From assembly GCA_964016885.1 (NCBI GenBank), contig OZ024743.1, positions 216,628,001 to 216,692,000 on the forward strand: 64,000 bases of DNA, read 5' to 3'. Below are positions 15,032-28,630 of the stretch, piece after piece; the stretch's first letter is position 1, and the number at the start of each line of letters is the position of its first letter. A program made the position numbers and the translations under genes. This stretch comes from Eledone cirrhosa. Taxonomy: Eukaryota. The notes below the pieces were generated by a model. That model saw only the letters and a list, made by a program, of their open reading frames with translations. It was not told the DNA's origin and ran no database searches.

Positions 15032-15078
15032 TGCTTACAATTGTTTCCTCCAAACCGAGGTTTGGATTCTTTGGAACA
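15032..15078 (-). ncRNA. Degenerate HHR of the C4/CAATTG family
   Basis: Minus: TGTT-CCAAAGA-ATCCAAAC(CTCG)GTTTGGAG-GAAA-CAATTG-TA-AGCA; G5>A is consistent with CpG decay. Confidence 0.6.
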
Positions 15079-15165
15079 TGATTTTTCACATACTTGACCT
15101 CCTTATCAACACAAGAGACATACAAAAGGTTTTATTATATACATAACCATAAATAGTATCCTTAA

Positions 15166-15236
<71 letters not shown>

Positions 15237-15429
15237 GTTTTGCGAGGTTTTTTATATGAAATCGTGCATCGAAACAAATATTGTTCGTCAGTCAATGGTA
15301 ACATTGAGGACCGAATAAATTAAATTAACTGACATAAAATATACAAAAGCGAAAACCAACCAAACAGTGAGTGTGTTCTGTTATTAATTCTGGCAATATT
15401 ATTACACAAATATGACCCTCCACAAGTAT

Positions 15430-15530
<101 letters not shown>

Positions 15531-16330
15531 AATATATAAATATTAATATAATATATATAAATATAATATAAAGTAACTATAGGGATATTTACACATATAC
15601 AAATAGCTAACTAAAGAGAATTAAATTTGTTAATCAATAATATATTTAAGCTTAATGTGTTTATGTCGTTATAGATATAAATATAGAAGATATTTAATTC
15701 AATGATAGAAGAGAATGGTGATACATAATTCAGAGAATAGAGAAAACATTCTGATGATGGAATACATTTTTTAAATCATTTATTACCTTACAGTTGCTTC
15801 AATGTAAAAGGTAATCATACTAATGTCAGGTAAAACAAAAATGAAATGAAATGAAAATTGGCATCCGAGAAAATAAGGAGGCTTACAAAGCTTAGCTTGC
15901 AAATAAATACTCTTACTTGCACCTACGTTAAACATCTCGGGTAGAAACACATATGTTGAGGTGTTTAACGCTATATAAGAACACCAATGTTAATTTCTGT
16001 AATCTAAACCTGGACGGCTACCGCTCCGAATGCAAATGAGCTTCACCAATTGTTATACATAGACAAGAAATCTATAATATTCTAACTTGCTTTTGTCTCA
16101 CCAGAAACTTGGGGATATACAGTCTTGACAAGGACCAAGAAAAGAGAAACAACGTTGTCGGTTGCTTCCCTTGGTTTTTACTGAGACTATGGTTGTATGA
16201 CCGTGGTCGCAACCTTAAAAAGTTCATAGTGGACAGTTATCAAATGTTTCTCAAAAAACGTCCTATATAAAACACGAACATACATGTGTATTACGCTATG
16301 TTGGAACAAGAATACTATTTTTTTAATATA

Positions 16331-16366
<36 letters not shown>

Positions 16367-16369
<3 letters not shown>

Positions 16370-16555
16370 GTTTCTACTTTTGGCACAAGGCCAGCAATTA
16401 CCCAGTGCATTACTGGTAGTTTATTTTATCGACCCCGTAAGGATGAAAGGCAGAGTTAACCTCGGCGAGATTTGAACTCAGATTGGAAAGGGTCGTAACT
16501 CTATGCATCAAAGCATGGTGTCCGACCCTCTACCGATACTGCCAATCCACCACCA
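16367..16555 (-). mobile_element. Full-length tRNA-derived SINE in (TA)n
   Basis: A box TGGCAGTATCGG and B box GAGTTCAAATC on minus; matches other copies. Confidence 0.9.
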
Positions 16556-19342
16556 TATATATATATATATTCATAATTTCTATATATACATCTCTATAGA
16601 TTTATATATATATATACATGTGTGTATGTGGGGGAATGTTTGTGCGTGTATTCACATACATGCACACACACTTACATTTGTGTATGCGTGTGTAAGATCG
16701 GTAGGAAATGGAGAAAGCGAGAGGTGCTGAATTATATAAATGATTAGTGGTTGTTTTATTATTCTCATTCCTTTTACCGCTGATGATATATTGTATTTAT
16801 CTTTGTTAATTCTTTGAAATTATGTCAAAGTATTATATGTTTTCCTTCAAGTTTTGTCTCCAAATACGATTTCGTATTTGTAATGGATTATTCAATTCCC
16901 TGCTGTTCTTTAATCTCTTTTCTTCTGCATATGTTTGTCTAATTTCAGACATCTAGTGTTAATACAGTGTACTTTAAATGACATCCGTTCTTACCAGTAT
17001 TTGCATTGTTTACGCACACGAACTCTTACGTTTTCAATAATATAGTAATATGCCAATACTACGTACATACATACATACATAAATATATACATACACATAT
17101 ATATACATACATACAAACATATATACATACATTCATATATACATACATACATACATATATGCATAAATAAATACATACATGTCAGCATCATATATGTCTA
17201 CATGCGAATAAGAAATACATCGTTTACTGAAAATTTTGCGCACAATAAATCATAGGCCATAATGTGTTTGTTGTACCTGTAATAACATTTGATCTACTTG
17301 ATTGAACGCTAGAAGAGATCCCTGCAATTGATGGAGCCAGAGGCAAAACATCAGACTAACAGCATTGTCGTGTCGCATCCTATTCTTTTCGACAACATCT
17401 ATGAACCAACAATCGTAAAAGCCCATCTGTAGAACATGTCTATCTTACAACGCTATTTTGCAAGAAAGATTCAAAATGCGAGAAATATAGACAAACAAAG
17501 CCGTCTATACTCGACCAACAACCAGTATATTGATTCTCACTTTGAAGCATATGCTTTTGCAACTCAAGAACAGGAAATATCAACAAGAAAGTGATTGTGA
17601 TGCAGGCAGAAGAACAAGATGAGGCAACTGATGCAAATTGCAGAATAAAATCACACGACAAGCAGCTGCTCAAGGATGGCATCACCGTACTATCTACTTA
17701 GGAGGCATGTTGTAGTGGCCAAAATACTTTATATTGTAATCCGGAGAAATGATATCTCTGAAAATAACCTTATAAAATGTTACATCGATGTGTCGTACTT
17801 ATACAAGTATAACATGAAAGAGTACTGGTGGAATATTCCAGTTAAACCCTATCAAAATGCAAACATTTGTATCAATACGGTCACGCTTTGGGCATATATG
17901 TAAAATGTATGTCTAATCTATGTATAATATGATTAATTATTCAATTGGATAAATATTATCCTCATCTCACTTCTGCAGACTAATCTGAGGAAAATGAAGC
18001 ATCAGATTTGGAAATATAAATTATTCAAAGACTTATATTTGGTCATATTATAAACGGCTTCAAATAGAAAAATACAATTTAGTACAATCTACCTATAATT
18101 TTTACCATATACTAGAGCAAATTGAGATAAAAGTGAACGTATCTGTTATCTCTCACGCTGCAAGAAACAACAACCAAATGTCCTTCAACTCTCTTCGTAC
18201 AGAATCAAATAACGAAATTAGATATTGTCATAATATATTAAATATTGTAAAACTATCTCAGTTTAAACATATGATCAGGGATGGAATGGTTCAGATTATA
18301 GGTGAGCTCGGACAGAGTTGACCTGCCTTTAAGTTATAACAAAAGGAAAGGTTAAACTAAATAAACGTTATAAACCTTCTACAATAATTCAATAGTAGGA
18401 AGAAAATAAATATGTGAGAAAAAAGGAAAACAAATCAATCATCTTTAGTTTGTAACAAGTAAATAAACTCTACCACCTGATTTTTGTGATTCTTTTAGTA
18501 GATTAACTCTATTTCCGATATTCACACCTTCCGTTCAATGCTGCTCACATCAACCTGTTATTATTCAGATTAGATATCATACACAGCAACCTCGACAAAA
18601 TGGAAAGACAAACAAATATTATTAAACCTGACAGAATATATAAAAGAAAAATTACTAAACAGAAAATTATTACGTTATTGGTTACAAATGATGAGTTCTT
18701 ACAATTTCATTTTGTCATTGAATGTATTGTTCAGCCAGTGATTCTGTGCCACCAAAAATTTCAGCAATAATTTTGAAGGTTTTTAATTTTTGGAGTCCAA
18801 GTTTGGTTTGCCATATATACCACGAATCATTGTTATATTTCATTTCGTTTACTTTATTCTTTATATTTGTCAATATAAAGTTTCTCTTTTATATTTACAT
18901 ATTCTGTGTGGATTGTTACATTTGTTTACAACTAATTCAATTGTGCCCTAAGTAGTGACGGAAATTATATAGAACGCATTTGAGTGTTGGGGTTCTGTAT
19001 GTATATATATACACGTATTATAGGATATATAATCTGGGAAATTTGCGTTTTAGAAAAATAATGAAATAGTGAAACCCTGTAGTTTATCATCATTATTGAC
19101 TCGTGGAAAATTACTGATACGAATATATCCATATAATCATTTCTTGAATAAAATTACATAAATGTTTATCATAATTGTGCAAATGACAAACAAGAATAAA
19201 TGTATAAGTAACTTTGGGGAAATAACTAATTACAGTGACCAAAGTATGGTTAAAACCGAAGAAAACTTATTATTCTAGTAACAACATGATTGAGATAGTA
19301 GATGAATTGTATATATTTGTGAGTAGACGTTGTAAAGGGCTA

Positions 19343-19423
<81 letters not shown>

Positions 19424-19430
<7 letters not shown>

Positions 19431-19970
19431 TAAAATAACAGATTAAAGTTTAAGCAAAGAATCTCTGCTTTCACCCTTAAATGGATCTTCTGAAACTAAA
19501 AAAAAAAACAATCTATGAACGCAGAAGTAAATATTTCGAAAAACGTTGCAACTGGAGGAAGACAAGAAGACAATACTTTGGTTCGTGGAGACGGCCCCTG
19601 GCAAAGACCGGAAGAAAACGAAGATAATACGTCATTATTTGGAGCGTTGAGAACAATTACACGCAATGAGAAACCCACGTTTATGGAATAAATGAAGACG
19701 TAGACTAACATTCTATTTAGGAAACCGAATGATTCTCGGCTTCAGAGTTAAGAAAATGTAAATAAATTACAGAGGTTATTGAAAACAACAATAATTAAAT
19801 ATATACATACACGCATCCATATACGTACATACACATGCAACCACGAAAACACCCGCCATGGGTATAAAAATATAGGCACGTACACAAAAACACGGGCACA
19901 CATACAAAACCCACGCAACGCCTGTACCCGCACACAGACGAACGTATACACCAAATACACATAAAACATA
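19424..19970 (-). mobile_element. Distal 3' UTR/pseudo-LTR of the Naiad-like element at 25-28.6 kb
   Basis: Direct-orientation match to ~27708-28395; ends in (TA)n. Confidence 0.75.
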
Positions 19971-20180
19971 TATATATATATATATATATAGCAAGATTCT
20001 TTATCTGAAAACGTGTGTTGAAACCGATATTGTTATACTTTGGGAGGGTCATGTTGCCAATAAGAAACACACGCACCAGTTGCTTTCACTTCAATTTATT
20101 ATAATAAATTTATAAATTTAGGAATTTATAAATTTCCGGTTGGTTGGTTGGTTCCACAACCAGATGGTTGTTTATATATT

Positions 20181-20223
20181 GTCAAAGTTCTTTCGTCACA
20201 CATTCTGTGAACTCTTCAGTGAC
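20181..20223 (-). ncRNA. Minimal type I HHR in PLE pseudo-LTR
   Basis: Minus: GTCA-CTGAAGA-GTTCACA(GAATG)TGTGAC-GAAA-GAAC-TT-TGAC. Confidence 0.7.
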
Positions 20224-20423
20224 TGGGGATTCTTTTCTTTGTTTTGTGCCTCTCCTTTGTTCTGTCCTACGCCATTTTGTTTCTGTGTGTGTGTCGTGTG
20301 CTCAGTCTGCGCATGCGCCACATCCGGGTGTCTGTGTGTGTTTATATTTGTTTATTTATTTGTTTATTTACATGTTACAAGTTGGTTGTTTGTTCTATGT
20401 GCGTGTATGTTTTCATTTTGTCC

Positions 20424-22913
20424 TTAATTGTAAATTGTGATGTTGCTGTTCCACTCATGTTTTCTATTTAATTTTGGTTGTAATTCTTTTATGTTTATTG
20501 CCTCTGTGATTTGTCTAAACATTGCGTCGTTTCTGTGTGTAGATTCTATTTTTATTTCTATGTTCTCTAATTTACGCTTATATGCTATTTTAGCATGTTG
20601 GTAGAGTACAGATGATTCTTTACTATCTTGAAGGTCTCGCCAGTGTTCATTTATCCGTTCCCCTACACTACGAGCTGTCTCACCTATGTACACTATATTT
20701 TTGTCTCTACATTGTCCTTCAGTACATCTTATGCTATATACTACATTTCTAGTTTTACAGTTAATATGGGGGCTTAATTTACAGGTTATACATTTCTTAT
20801 CTATACAGGGGGGTCTTTGAAAAGGGTATGTCTTGTTAATAAGTGCTGTTAAAGAGGTACCTGGTCTTTCTACTATCTTAATATTGAGTTTATGTTTATC
20901 TAGGGCCCTTTTAAATTTGTAAGCTAATTCACATCTAGGGGTTGTATCGATGAACATTACACTCTGGTATTTATTGATATCATACCATGAGTTTATTCTA
21001 TTAGTCTTATTCCTAGTTCTTTCTATTCTATTCCAAAATTTGCTCCTATGCGAGGGGCAGGTCCCATTTGTATCATTATTTAACATTTTTTCCCATTTGG
21101 TTCTGGCTCCTCTATACACTCTGATTTTATCTCTCTGATTGTAACCAGAGAACTGCATACGGTGGATGAAGTGTTGTATGTGTCTCTCTAGTTCTTCGGG
21201 GTTGCACATGCGGGACACGTTTCTCATCACCCGTACCAAATCCGCAATCAGTATGTTGAATTTGGTATGGTCCGAAACAGCTGAGTTTCGGTGGATCAGA
21301 TATTTGGAAGTCATGGGTTTGGCATAATGGGAATGGAGGATTTGTTTTTTGTTATTAATTGTTTCTACTATTGGCACAAGGCCAGAAAATTACCCAGTAC
21401 ATTACTGGTACTTTATTTTATCGACCCCGTAAGGATGAAAGGCAAAGTTAACCTCGGCGGGATTTGAACTCAGAATGGCAAGGGCCGTAACTCTATGCGT
21501 CAAAGCATGGGGTCCGAACCTCTACCGATACTGCCAATCCACCGCCATTTTTTGTTATTAATGGTATCTAACCAGAGCTCTGTGTCTAGTACAGGTAATC
21601 GATGGTTCGGGTGTTTAATTGGGTAGTCTATAGTAAATCTAATACTCTGGTGGATGGAGTTAGCTATTTGCTGGATGCTTTCCATTGTGTTTTTCTCTAA
21701 TTCCTGACTGTTCTCTAGTGGGAGTGTTTTAACTACGATGTTTATATCATCAACGTAGCGGGAGTACATTATCAGGGTTAAGGGGTCTTCTAATTGTTCT
21801 TTAAGTTTAAGTTTAAGTCTACTGTCCCACCATACCATGAATAAGTTAGCTATGTCGCCTGCAATGCTAACACCAATGGCAGCTCCTTCCTCTTGGAGAT
21901 AAGTTTTTCCATTAAATTTGAACATATGTACCTTAAGGGTTAATTTTATGCTGGCCCCCACCGCATGTGCAATCATGTTCTTTCGTTCATCGTGGTTTTC
22001 GGGTGTCCGTATGGCTCTGGTCCACCTCTTCCATCTAACTGTGTGGGTTTTCTTGGCCATTGAGGTAATGGTAGGTGGTCTGCCTCTTGCTGGTCTTGTA
22101 GGGCACAGGTTGCTAAGGTCATATGTGTCTAGGTAATTATTACTATAGGTAAGTTTAAGTAGGAGTCCCAGCTCACTGGTATCAATCCCACGGAATTCAG
22201 GATTGCTCTCACTGATCATTTCTACGCATTTCTCCACAGCAAAATCCACGTCAATAGATGGATACAGGGACACCACCTATTATGCAATTTGCTAGGTCCC
22301 TAGATCGGTTAGTCTCGCCGATTCTGCTGAGGAGGTCCTCCGTGCTGTTACATACATCTGGGGATATTTCAATGATGGGGCGTATGATCAGGGAGAGGAG
22401 GAAGTAGGACAGTCTGTAGTTACTAGCAATGTTAGCTCCACAGACTGGCCGTGTTGGTGGTCCCGTGACAGGGTCACTGCCCGTTTTATGGTCTTTTCGA
22501 AGCCCATACAACGCCGGCACGTCGTTGTTACAGGCCTGGAAGTTGTTGGCAGTCCTTTTGTTGGGCTGCATTATATTTGTCCACATCACCATATGGGCAT
22601 TGAGGGCTTTTTCTCTATCCTCATGCTCCTGTCGTGTTACTTCTCTTGTGTTAGTGATGTGGGGTTGCATTGCCTGGATGTAGTTTGGCAGGCTGTCAAC
22701 CGACATTCTGCCAGACTTGTCTGTTGGAAAGCATGCTATCTCTCCATTACGCGAGCGCTGAAGGAGCTTACGCAAGCCATTTGTAGATTTTTCTCCCAGT
22801 TGATGGGTCTCCATTCTATTATGCTTCTTGCTATACTGTTCTATTATATTTCTAAGTTCGGATCTAGCTATACTAAATTGTGCTTCTGTTCGTTCATCGA
22901 GCTGCGACGGCAA
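20424..22913 (-). pseudogene. PLE RT + GIY-YIG, frameshifted and SINE-interrupted
   Basis: PTDKSGR, LYGLRKDHK, PTRPVCGA, SLYPSID, GAAIGVSIAGDIANLFM, YSRYVDD, CIDKKCITC, NVVYSIRC, YIGETARS. Confidence 0.9.
21360..21547 (-). mobile_element. Full-length tRNA-derived SINE with 15-bp TSD
   Basis: TTTTTTGTTATTAAT at 21345-21359 and 21548-21562; empty site in the right arm (~23632-23646); A and B boxes present. Confidence 0.95.
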
Positions 22914-22995
22914 TTGCGTGCGTTTGTTAAATGGTAAAGTCGTGGCGTGGACTCGTCGCAGGTCGAACGACTTATCGGAGGGATTATAAAAAGTA

Positions 22996-24565
22996 GAGTT
23001 CCGTGGGATTGATACCAGTGAGCTGGGACTCCTACTTAAACTTACCTATAGTAATAATTACCTAGACACATATGACCTTAGCAACCTGTGCCCTACAAGG
23101 CCAGCAAGAGGCAGACCACCTACCATTACCTCAATGGCCAAGAAAACCCACACAGGTAGATGGAACGGGTGGACCAGAGCCATACGGACACCCGAAAACC
23201 ACGATGAACTAAAGAACATGATTGCACATGCGGTGGGGGCCAGCATAAAATTAACCCTTAAGGAACATATGTTCAAATTTAATGTAAAAACATATGCCCA
23301 AGAGGAAGGAGCAGCCATTGGTGCTAGCATTGCAGGCGACATAGCTAACCTATTCATGGTATGTTGGGACAGTAGACTTAAACTTAAACTTAAAGAACAA
23401 TTAGAAGACCCCTTAACCCTGATAATGTACTCCCGCTACGTTGATGATATAAACATCGTAGTTAAAACACTCCCACTAGAGAACAGTCAGGAATTAGAGA
23501 AAAACACAATGGAAAGCATCCAGCAAATAGCTAACACCTTCCACCAGAGTATTAGAGTTACTATAGACTACCCAAGTAAACACCCCAACCATCGATTACC
23601 TGTACTAGACACAGAGCTCTGGTTAGATACCATTAATAACAAAAAACAAATCCTCCATTCCCATTATGCCAAACCCATGACTTCCAAATATCTGATGCAC
23701 CGAAACTCAGCTGTTTCGGACCATACCAAAATCAACATACTGATTGCGGATTTGGTACGGGTGATGAGAAACGTGTCCCGCATGTGCAACCCCGAAGAAC
23801 TAGAGAGACATACAACACTTCATCCACCGTATGCAGTTCTCTGGTTACAATCAGAGAGATAAAATCAGAGTGTATAGAGGAGCCAGAACCAAATGGGGAA
23901 AAATGGTAAATAATGACTCGAATGGGACCTGCCCCTTGTATAGAAGCAAATTTTGGAATAGAATAGAAAGAAGTAAGAATAAGGCTAATAGAATAAACTC
24001 ATGGTATGATAGCAATAAATACCAGATTGTAATGTTCATCGATACAACCCCTAGACGTGAATTAGCTTACACATTTAGAAGGGCCCTAGATAAAAATAAA
24101 CTTAATATTAAGATAGTAGAAATACCAGGTACCTCCATAAAAACACTTATTAGCAAGACATACCCTTTTCAAAGACCCCCTGTATAGATAAGAAATGTAT
24201 AAACTGTAAATTAAGCCCCCATATTAACTGTAAAACTAGAAATGTAGTGTAGAGCATAAGATTTACTGAAGGACAATGTAGAGAGAAAAATATAGTGTAC
24301 ATAGGTGAGACAGCTCGTAGTGTAGGGGAACGGATAAATGAACACTGGCGAGACTTTCAAGATGGTAAAGCATCATCTGTACTCTACCAACATGCTAAAA
24401 TAGAAAAATAAGGGTAAATTAGAGAACATAGAAATAAAAATAGAATCTACACACAGAAAAGACGCAATGTTTAGAGAAATCACAGAGGCAATAAACATAA
24501 AAGAATTACAACCAAAATTAAATAGAAAACATGAGTGGAACAGCAACATCACAACTTACAATTAA
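22996..24565 (+). pseudogene. 5'-truncated PLE RT + GIY-YIG (right arm)
   Basis: ORFs 23134-23862 and 23831-24187 match the left-arm protein; frameshifts; ends HEWNSNITTYN*. Confidence 0.9.
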
Positions 24566-24760
24566 GGACAAAATGAAAACGCACACACATAGAACAAACA
24601 ACCAACCAGTAACATTTAAATAAACAAATAAATAAACGAATATAAACACACACAGTCACCCGGATGTGGCACATGCGCAGACTGAGCACACACCACACAG
24701 AAACAAAATGGCGTAGGACATAACAAAGGAGAGGCACAAAAACAAAGAAAAGAATCCCCA

Positions 24761-24803
24761 GTCACTGAAGAGGTCACAGAATGTTTGACTAAAGAACTTT
24801 GAC
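24761..24803 (+). ncRNA. HHR copy with GAAA>TAAA mutation
   Basis: GTCA-CTGAAGA-GGTCACA(GAATG)TTTGAC-TAAA-GAAC-TT-TGAC. Confidence 0.6.
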
Positions 24804-25002
24804 AATATATAAACAACCATTTGGTTGTGGAACCAACCAACCGGAAATTTATAAATTCCTAAATTTATAAATTTATTATAATAAATTGAAGTGAAAGCAT
24901 GGTGCGTGTGTTTCATATTGGCAACATGACCCTCCCAAAGTATAACAATATATATATATATATATATATATTTATTAAAATAACGGATTAAATTTTAAGC
25001 AA

Positions 25003-25029
<27 letters not shown>

Positions 25030-25046
<17 letters not shown>

Positions 25047-28000
25047 GCGTGCGTGTGTGTGTATACATATAATTATATAAACGTATATAAATATACACAC
25101 ATAAATAAGTATATAATGCCCGCACGCACTCACCTACATGTAAATACACATATGTTCGCCTAAAATACGTCAACCAAAACCCAAAGTACACATATACACA
25201 CACCCTACATCGATGCAAACCCGCATACACCCACAAACACAAAACTCAAGTATACACATAAGCATATACACATGTACTAGTATATATAATAGAATATATA
25301 CGCCTATAACAAATGCAAGCAAATATACGTACGAGAAAGTATACGTATCTTCACAAAACATACAGGTAATATATACTTACCTATACGAATAAGTAATGGT
25401 ATAAACATAAAATATACTTAGCTACCACATCAAGACGTAAATTATCCGCGTATAGTTCGTACTATCCGTTAGGGTATAATGTGGGGCTGTAATACAGGAA
25501 AGTTTTGTGCCATTTAAGTTTACAAGCCGAAATTGCTTCAGATTTTTTTGTTTAAGATGTGGTCATTGGAGTAAAGTATTTCCAGGGCCTCAGCGGCGCA
25601 GAGGTCACATGATCCTTTATTTCCGTTATACGATCTAGCCCTAGCTAGGATTTCCCAGTGTAATCTATATTGGGTGTGGTTGTTTTTTAGACTCCAGATA
25701 TAAGCTGAAAGTGACGTCATATTCCTTCTTAAGGGGTTAAGAAAAGAATGGGTATGCATGTAAAGACGCTGCTTGAATCTATTGGCAGTTAACCCTATGT
25801 AGGCCCTACGGGCCGTGGGTGTTTCAACTTTTCATATATACACAATGTTACTAGAGAGGCATTTCCCGGATAGGAGGCAGTCAACCCGATTCCTACAATT
25901 ACAGTTAGTACTAGCTACAGGGTTGCACGTATTCCTACGTCTAGGTAACTTAACATCACTGCTTCAAATGTAGCTATGTGCAAGGTTAGGAGTTGTAGAG
26001 TAAGACATTTTAATGGTATTTCTTTTAAAAATGTTATTATATTTATGTGCTGGTGGGAGACGCTTCATAATAAGGGAGAGAAAGATCTTAGCTAATGGTG
26101 TGGCCACCTCCATATTATATGGTGGGTTATAACATATAATGCGGCGGGATTTATTTTTCCTAGGTCCATGCTCATACTCGGTATATGCTAACTTATCGAC
26201 AAATCCACTCCGAGGAAAGAGCTTCATTGTAATATGTGGAATGATCGGTGAAAATATGCTCGTTTGTAGATAAACGGGAAAGCCTTAAATAAACGTTACT
26301 TACCAGGTGTATGGTTAGAATGCTTACTTATGTAATTAAGCGTATCATTCGGCTTTCTGTACAGGTAGTGCAAGTCATTCGACAAATTGAGGGTAACATC
26401 GAGGTAATTAACGACCAAGAGTTTGCCCTCAACCTGTATGGAGAGGTTGAAGTATTTAAAGAAAGATGTGAGTTCTCTTCTGAACCTGTCGCAAGCGCGT
26501 GGGCCGCACATTGTCATGGTCAAAAGACCGCCATCACGGTACAAACCACCATCCACGTTAGGGAATTCTTCCTTGATAGAGTAAAGAAAGAAAAGGCCGA
26601 TAAGATCAGTAAACTCCGCAGAATCTCTGGCGCCCATACTCACGTCGAATGGGGTACTATTAGATTTTTTAATCCAAATAGAGTCGTCGAAATTAATCAC
26701 CGACTTACGGGCATTGAGGATGACATCAATTTCGAAATCCTTACCCACCGTGAGCGTTTTAGCGAAATTGATAGCTCTAAGAAGAAGTGGTAAAGTGATG
26801 GAGGAGTAGTAATTATTGATGTCGAATTGGATAAAACGGCAATGTTCCTTGTTGCATATGCCGTTGAACCAATCAATCACCGCGAAAGAATTTTTCCACA
26901 GTGCAAGAGGGGCCAAGTTTCTAATTTCAGTTATAATTCTATCTAAAATCCTTTTACTAAGTCTACCTAAATCGGACTTCGTAGGGTTAATAAGCCAAAT
27001 AGAAAAGTTGTTCGGGAAATTGGATTTGCGATCCTTCAGGGTAAAGTGGGGAGAAAAAGGGTCCAGTGGTTCTGTCCGGTCTATGATGTTGAGATCAGAG
27101 GTGATTTTAAACCAGGCATCGTTGATGTCATTAATGACACTCCGATTAGTTTTACGGTAATCCTTAGTTACAGCATTACGTAGCAGATGGTGGTAAGTAA
27201 TGCGCTCGACTTGATATAGATTGCCAGTTTTGTCGGAGTGGACGTGCACGGCATTAGAATCCTTAGTAGAACGAATTCTATTCTGCAGGTTCTGCTGGAA
27301 GGAATTGCTCCAATTCCGAAATTTGATACTCCGCATGAGTTCCAATACGCCATTTTCGAATGGTAGCAATGCTGGGTTATTCAGAGGGTTATTGTATGTT
27401 TTAAACCCAAATTGATCCTGTTTGTTGTCCGCCTTTCCCTGATTATCGAAATAAAAGGCTCGCCAGCGCAACCTTTTAATGAACGACTCTGTTTTCTGCA
27501 TCAGGAGTTTTAGGTATTTCTTCCTGCTTGGTAAGGGTATCGTCTTTGTAGAAATTTTCAGATGTTGTTTCTGCATGATGAATATAAGTCAATAGAGTGC
27601 TCAACCGAGGGAGCCAAATAGTAATAATAATAAATTTGAAGACTAAAAACCAAAGAAGGTTCGATAAGGATAAATATATATCAAATATATAAGAACGGTA
27701 GAGCAAATATTTATTAAAATAACAGATTAAATTTTAAGCAACGAATCTGCTTTAATCCTAAACGGGATCTTCTGAACCAAAAAAAAAATCAATCTGTGAA
27801 CGCAGAAGTAAATATTTCGAAAAACGTTGCAACCGATGGAAGAGAGGAAGACGATACCTTGTTTCGTGGAGACGTTCTCTGGCAAATAACGGACGAAAAG
27901 AAAGATAATACGTCATTATGTGGATCGGTGAGAACAATTACACGCAAAGACAAAACCACGTTTATGGTATAAATGAAGTCGTAGATTAATATTCTCTTAG

Positions 28001-28630
28001 GTGGTTCGTGGAGACGTTCCCTGCAATGAACGGGAAAAACGAAGATAATACGTCATATGTGGTGCGTGAGAACAATTACACACAAAGACAAAACCACGTT
28101 TATGGTATAACTGAAGTCGTAGACTAAAATTCTATTTAGAAAACCGAATAATTCTCGACTTCAGAGTTAAGAATAATATAAATAAATTACAGAGGTTATT
28201 GAAAACAACAATAATTAAATATATACATGCACGCATCCATATACGTACATATACATGCAACTGCGAAAACACCCGCCATGGGTATGCAAATACAGGCACG
28301 TACACAAAAACACGCGCACACATACACAACCCACGCAATGCCTGTACCCGCACACAAACGAACAGATACACCAAATACACGTAAAACATATATAAAAAAA
28401 ATATATATATATATATATATACATGCGTTTGTGTGTTTGCGTGTATACATATAATTATATAAATGTATATAAATATACACACATACATACGTATATAACG
28501 CGCTCACACACACACCTACATGTACATACACATATGTTCACTAAACGTACGTCAACCAAAACACAAAGTACACATATACACACTCCCTACATACGTGCAA
28601 ACCCGCATACACCCACAAACGCAAAACTCA
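25030..28630 (-). mobile_element. Near full-length Naiad-like PLE in partial-tandem form (upstream pseudo-LTR 28630-27708)
   Basis: 28420-28630 repeats 25040-25250 and 27708-28395 repeats 19424-19970, the classic partial-tandem PLE layout. Confidence 0.85.
25490..27576 (-). pseudogene. Naiad-like PLE polyprotein (RT + Cys linker + GIY-YIG), disrupted
   Basis: STKTIPLP..KTESFIKRLRWRA, SDKTGNLY, LINPTKSDLG, FIQFDINNYYSSI, GLYRDG (normally YRDD), YNPPYN, KMSYS, CNCRNRVDC..GKC, YIGLTANRFKQR, SLSAYIW, CDLC..E. Confidence 0.9.

Larger units (their letters stand above)
19991..24949. mobile_element. Tail-out inverted pair of Nematis-like PLE copies inserted in (TA)n
   Basis: Left arm minus (~22913 to 19991), right arm plus (~22996-24949); ~2 kb of reverse-complement identity; (TA)n on both sides. 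Confidence 0.9.

Noticed and set aside
19455-19500. HHR-like CAGAAGA-TCC...GAAAGC in the Naiad pseudo-LTR (also 27740-27778)
   Set aside because: Core has A at position 4, there is no NUH triplet, and the second copy lacks GAAA; not supportable.
19690-19735. SECIS-like ATGAA...AA...TGAT
   Set aside because: On the strand opposite to the Naiad ORF and the stem pairs poorly.
21360-21547. tRNA gene
   Set aside because: A and B boxes are present but belong to a multi-copy SINE with a TSD; no full cloverleaf.
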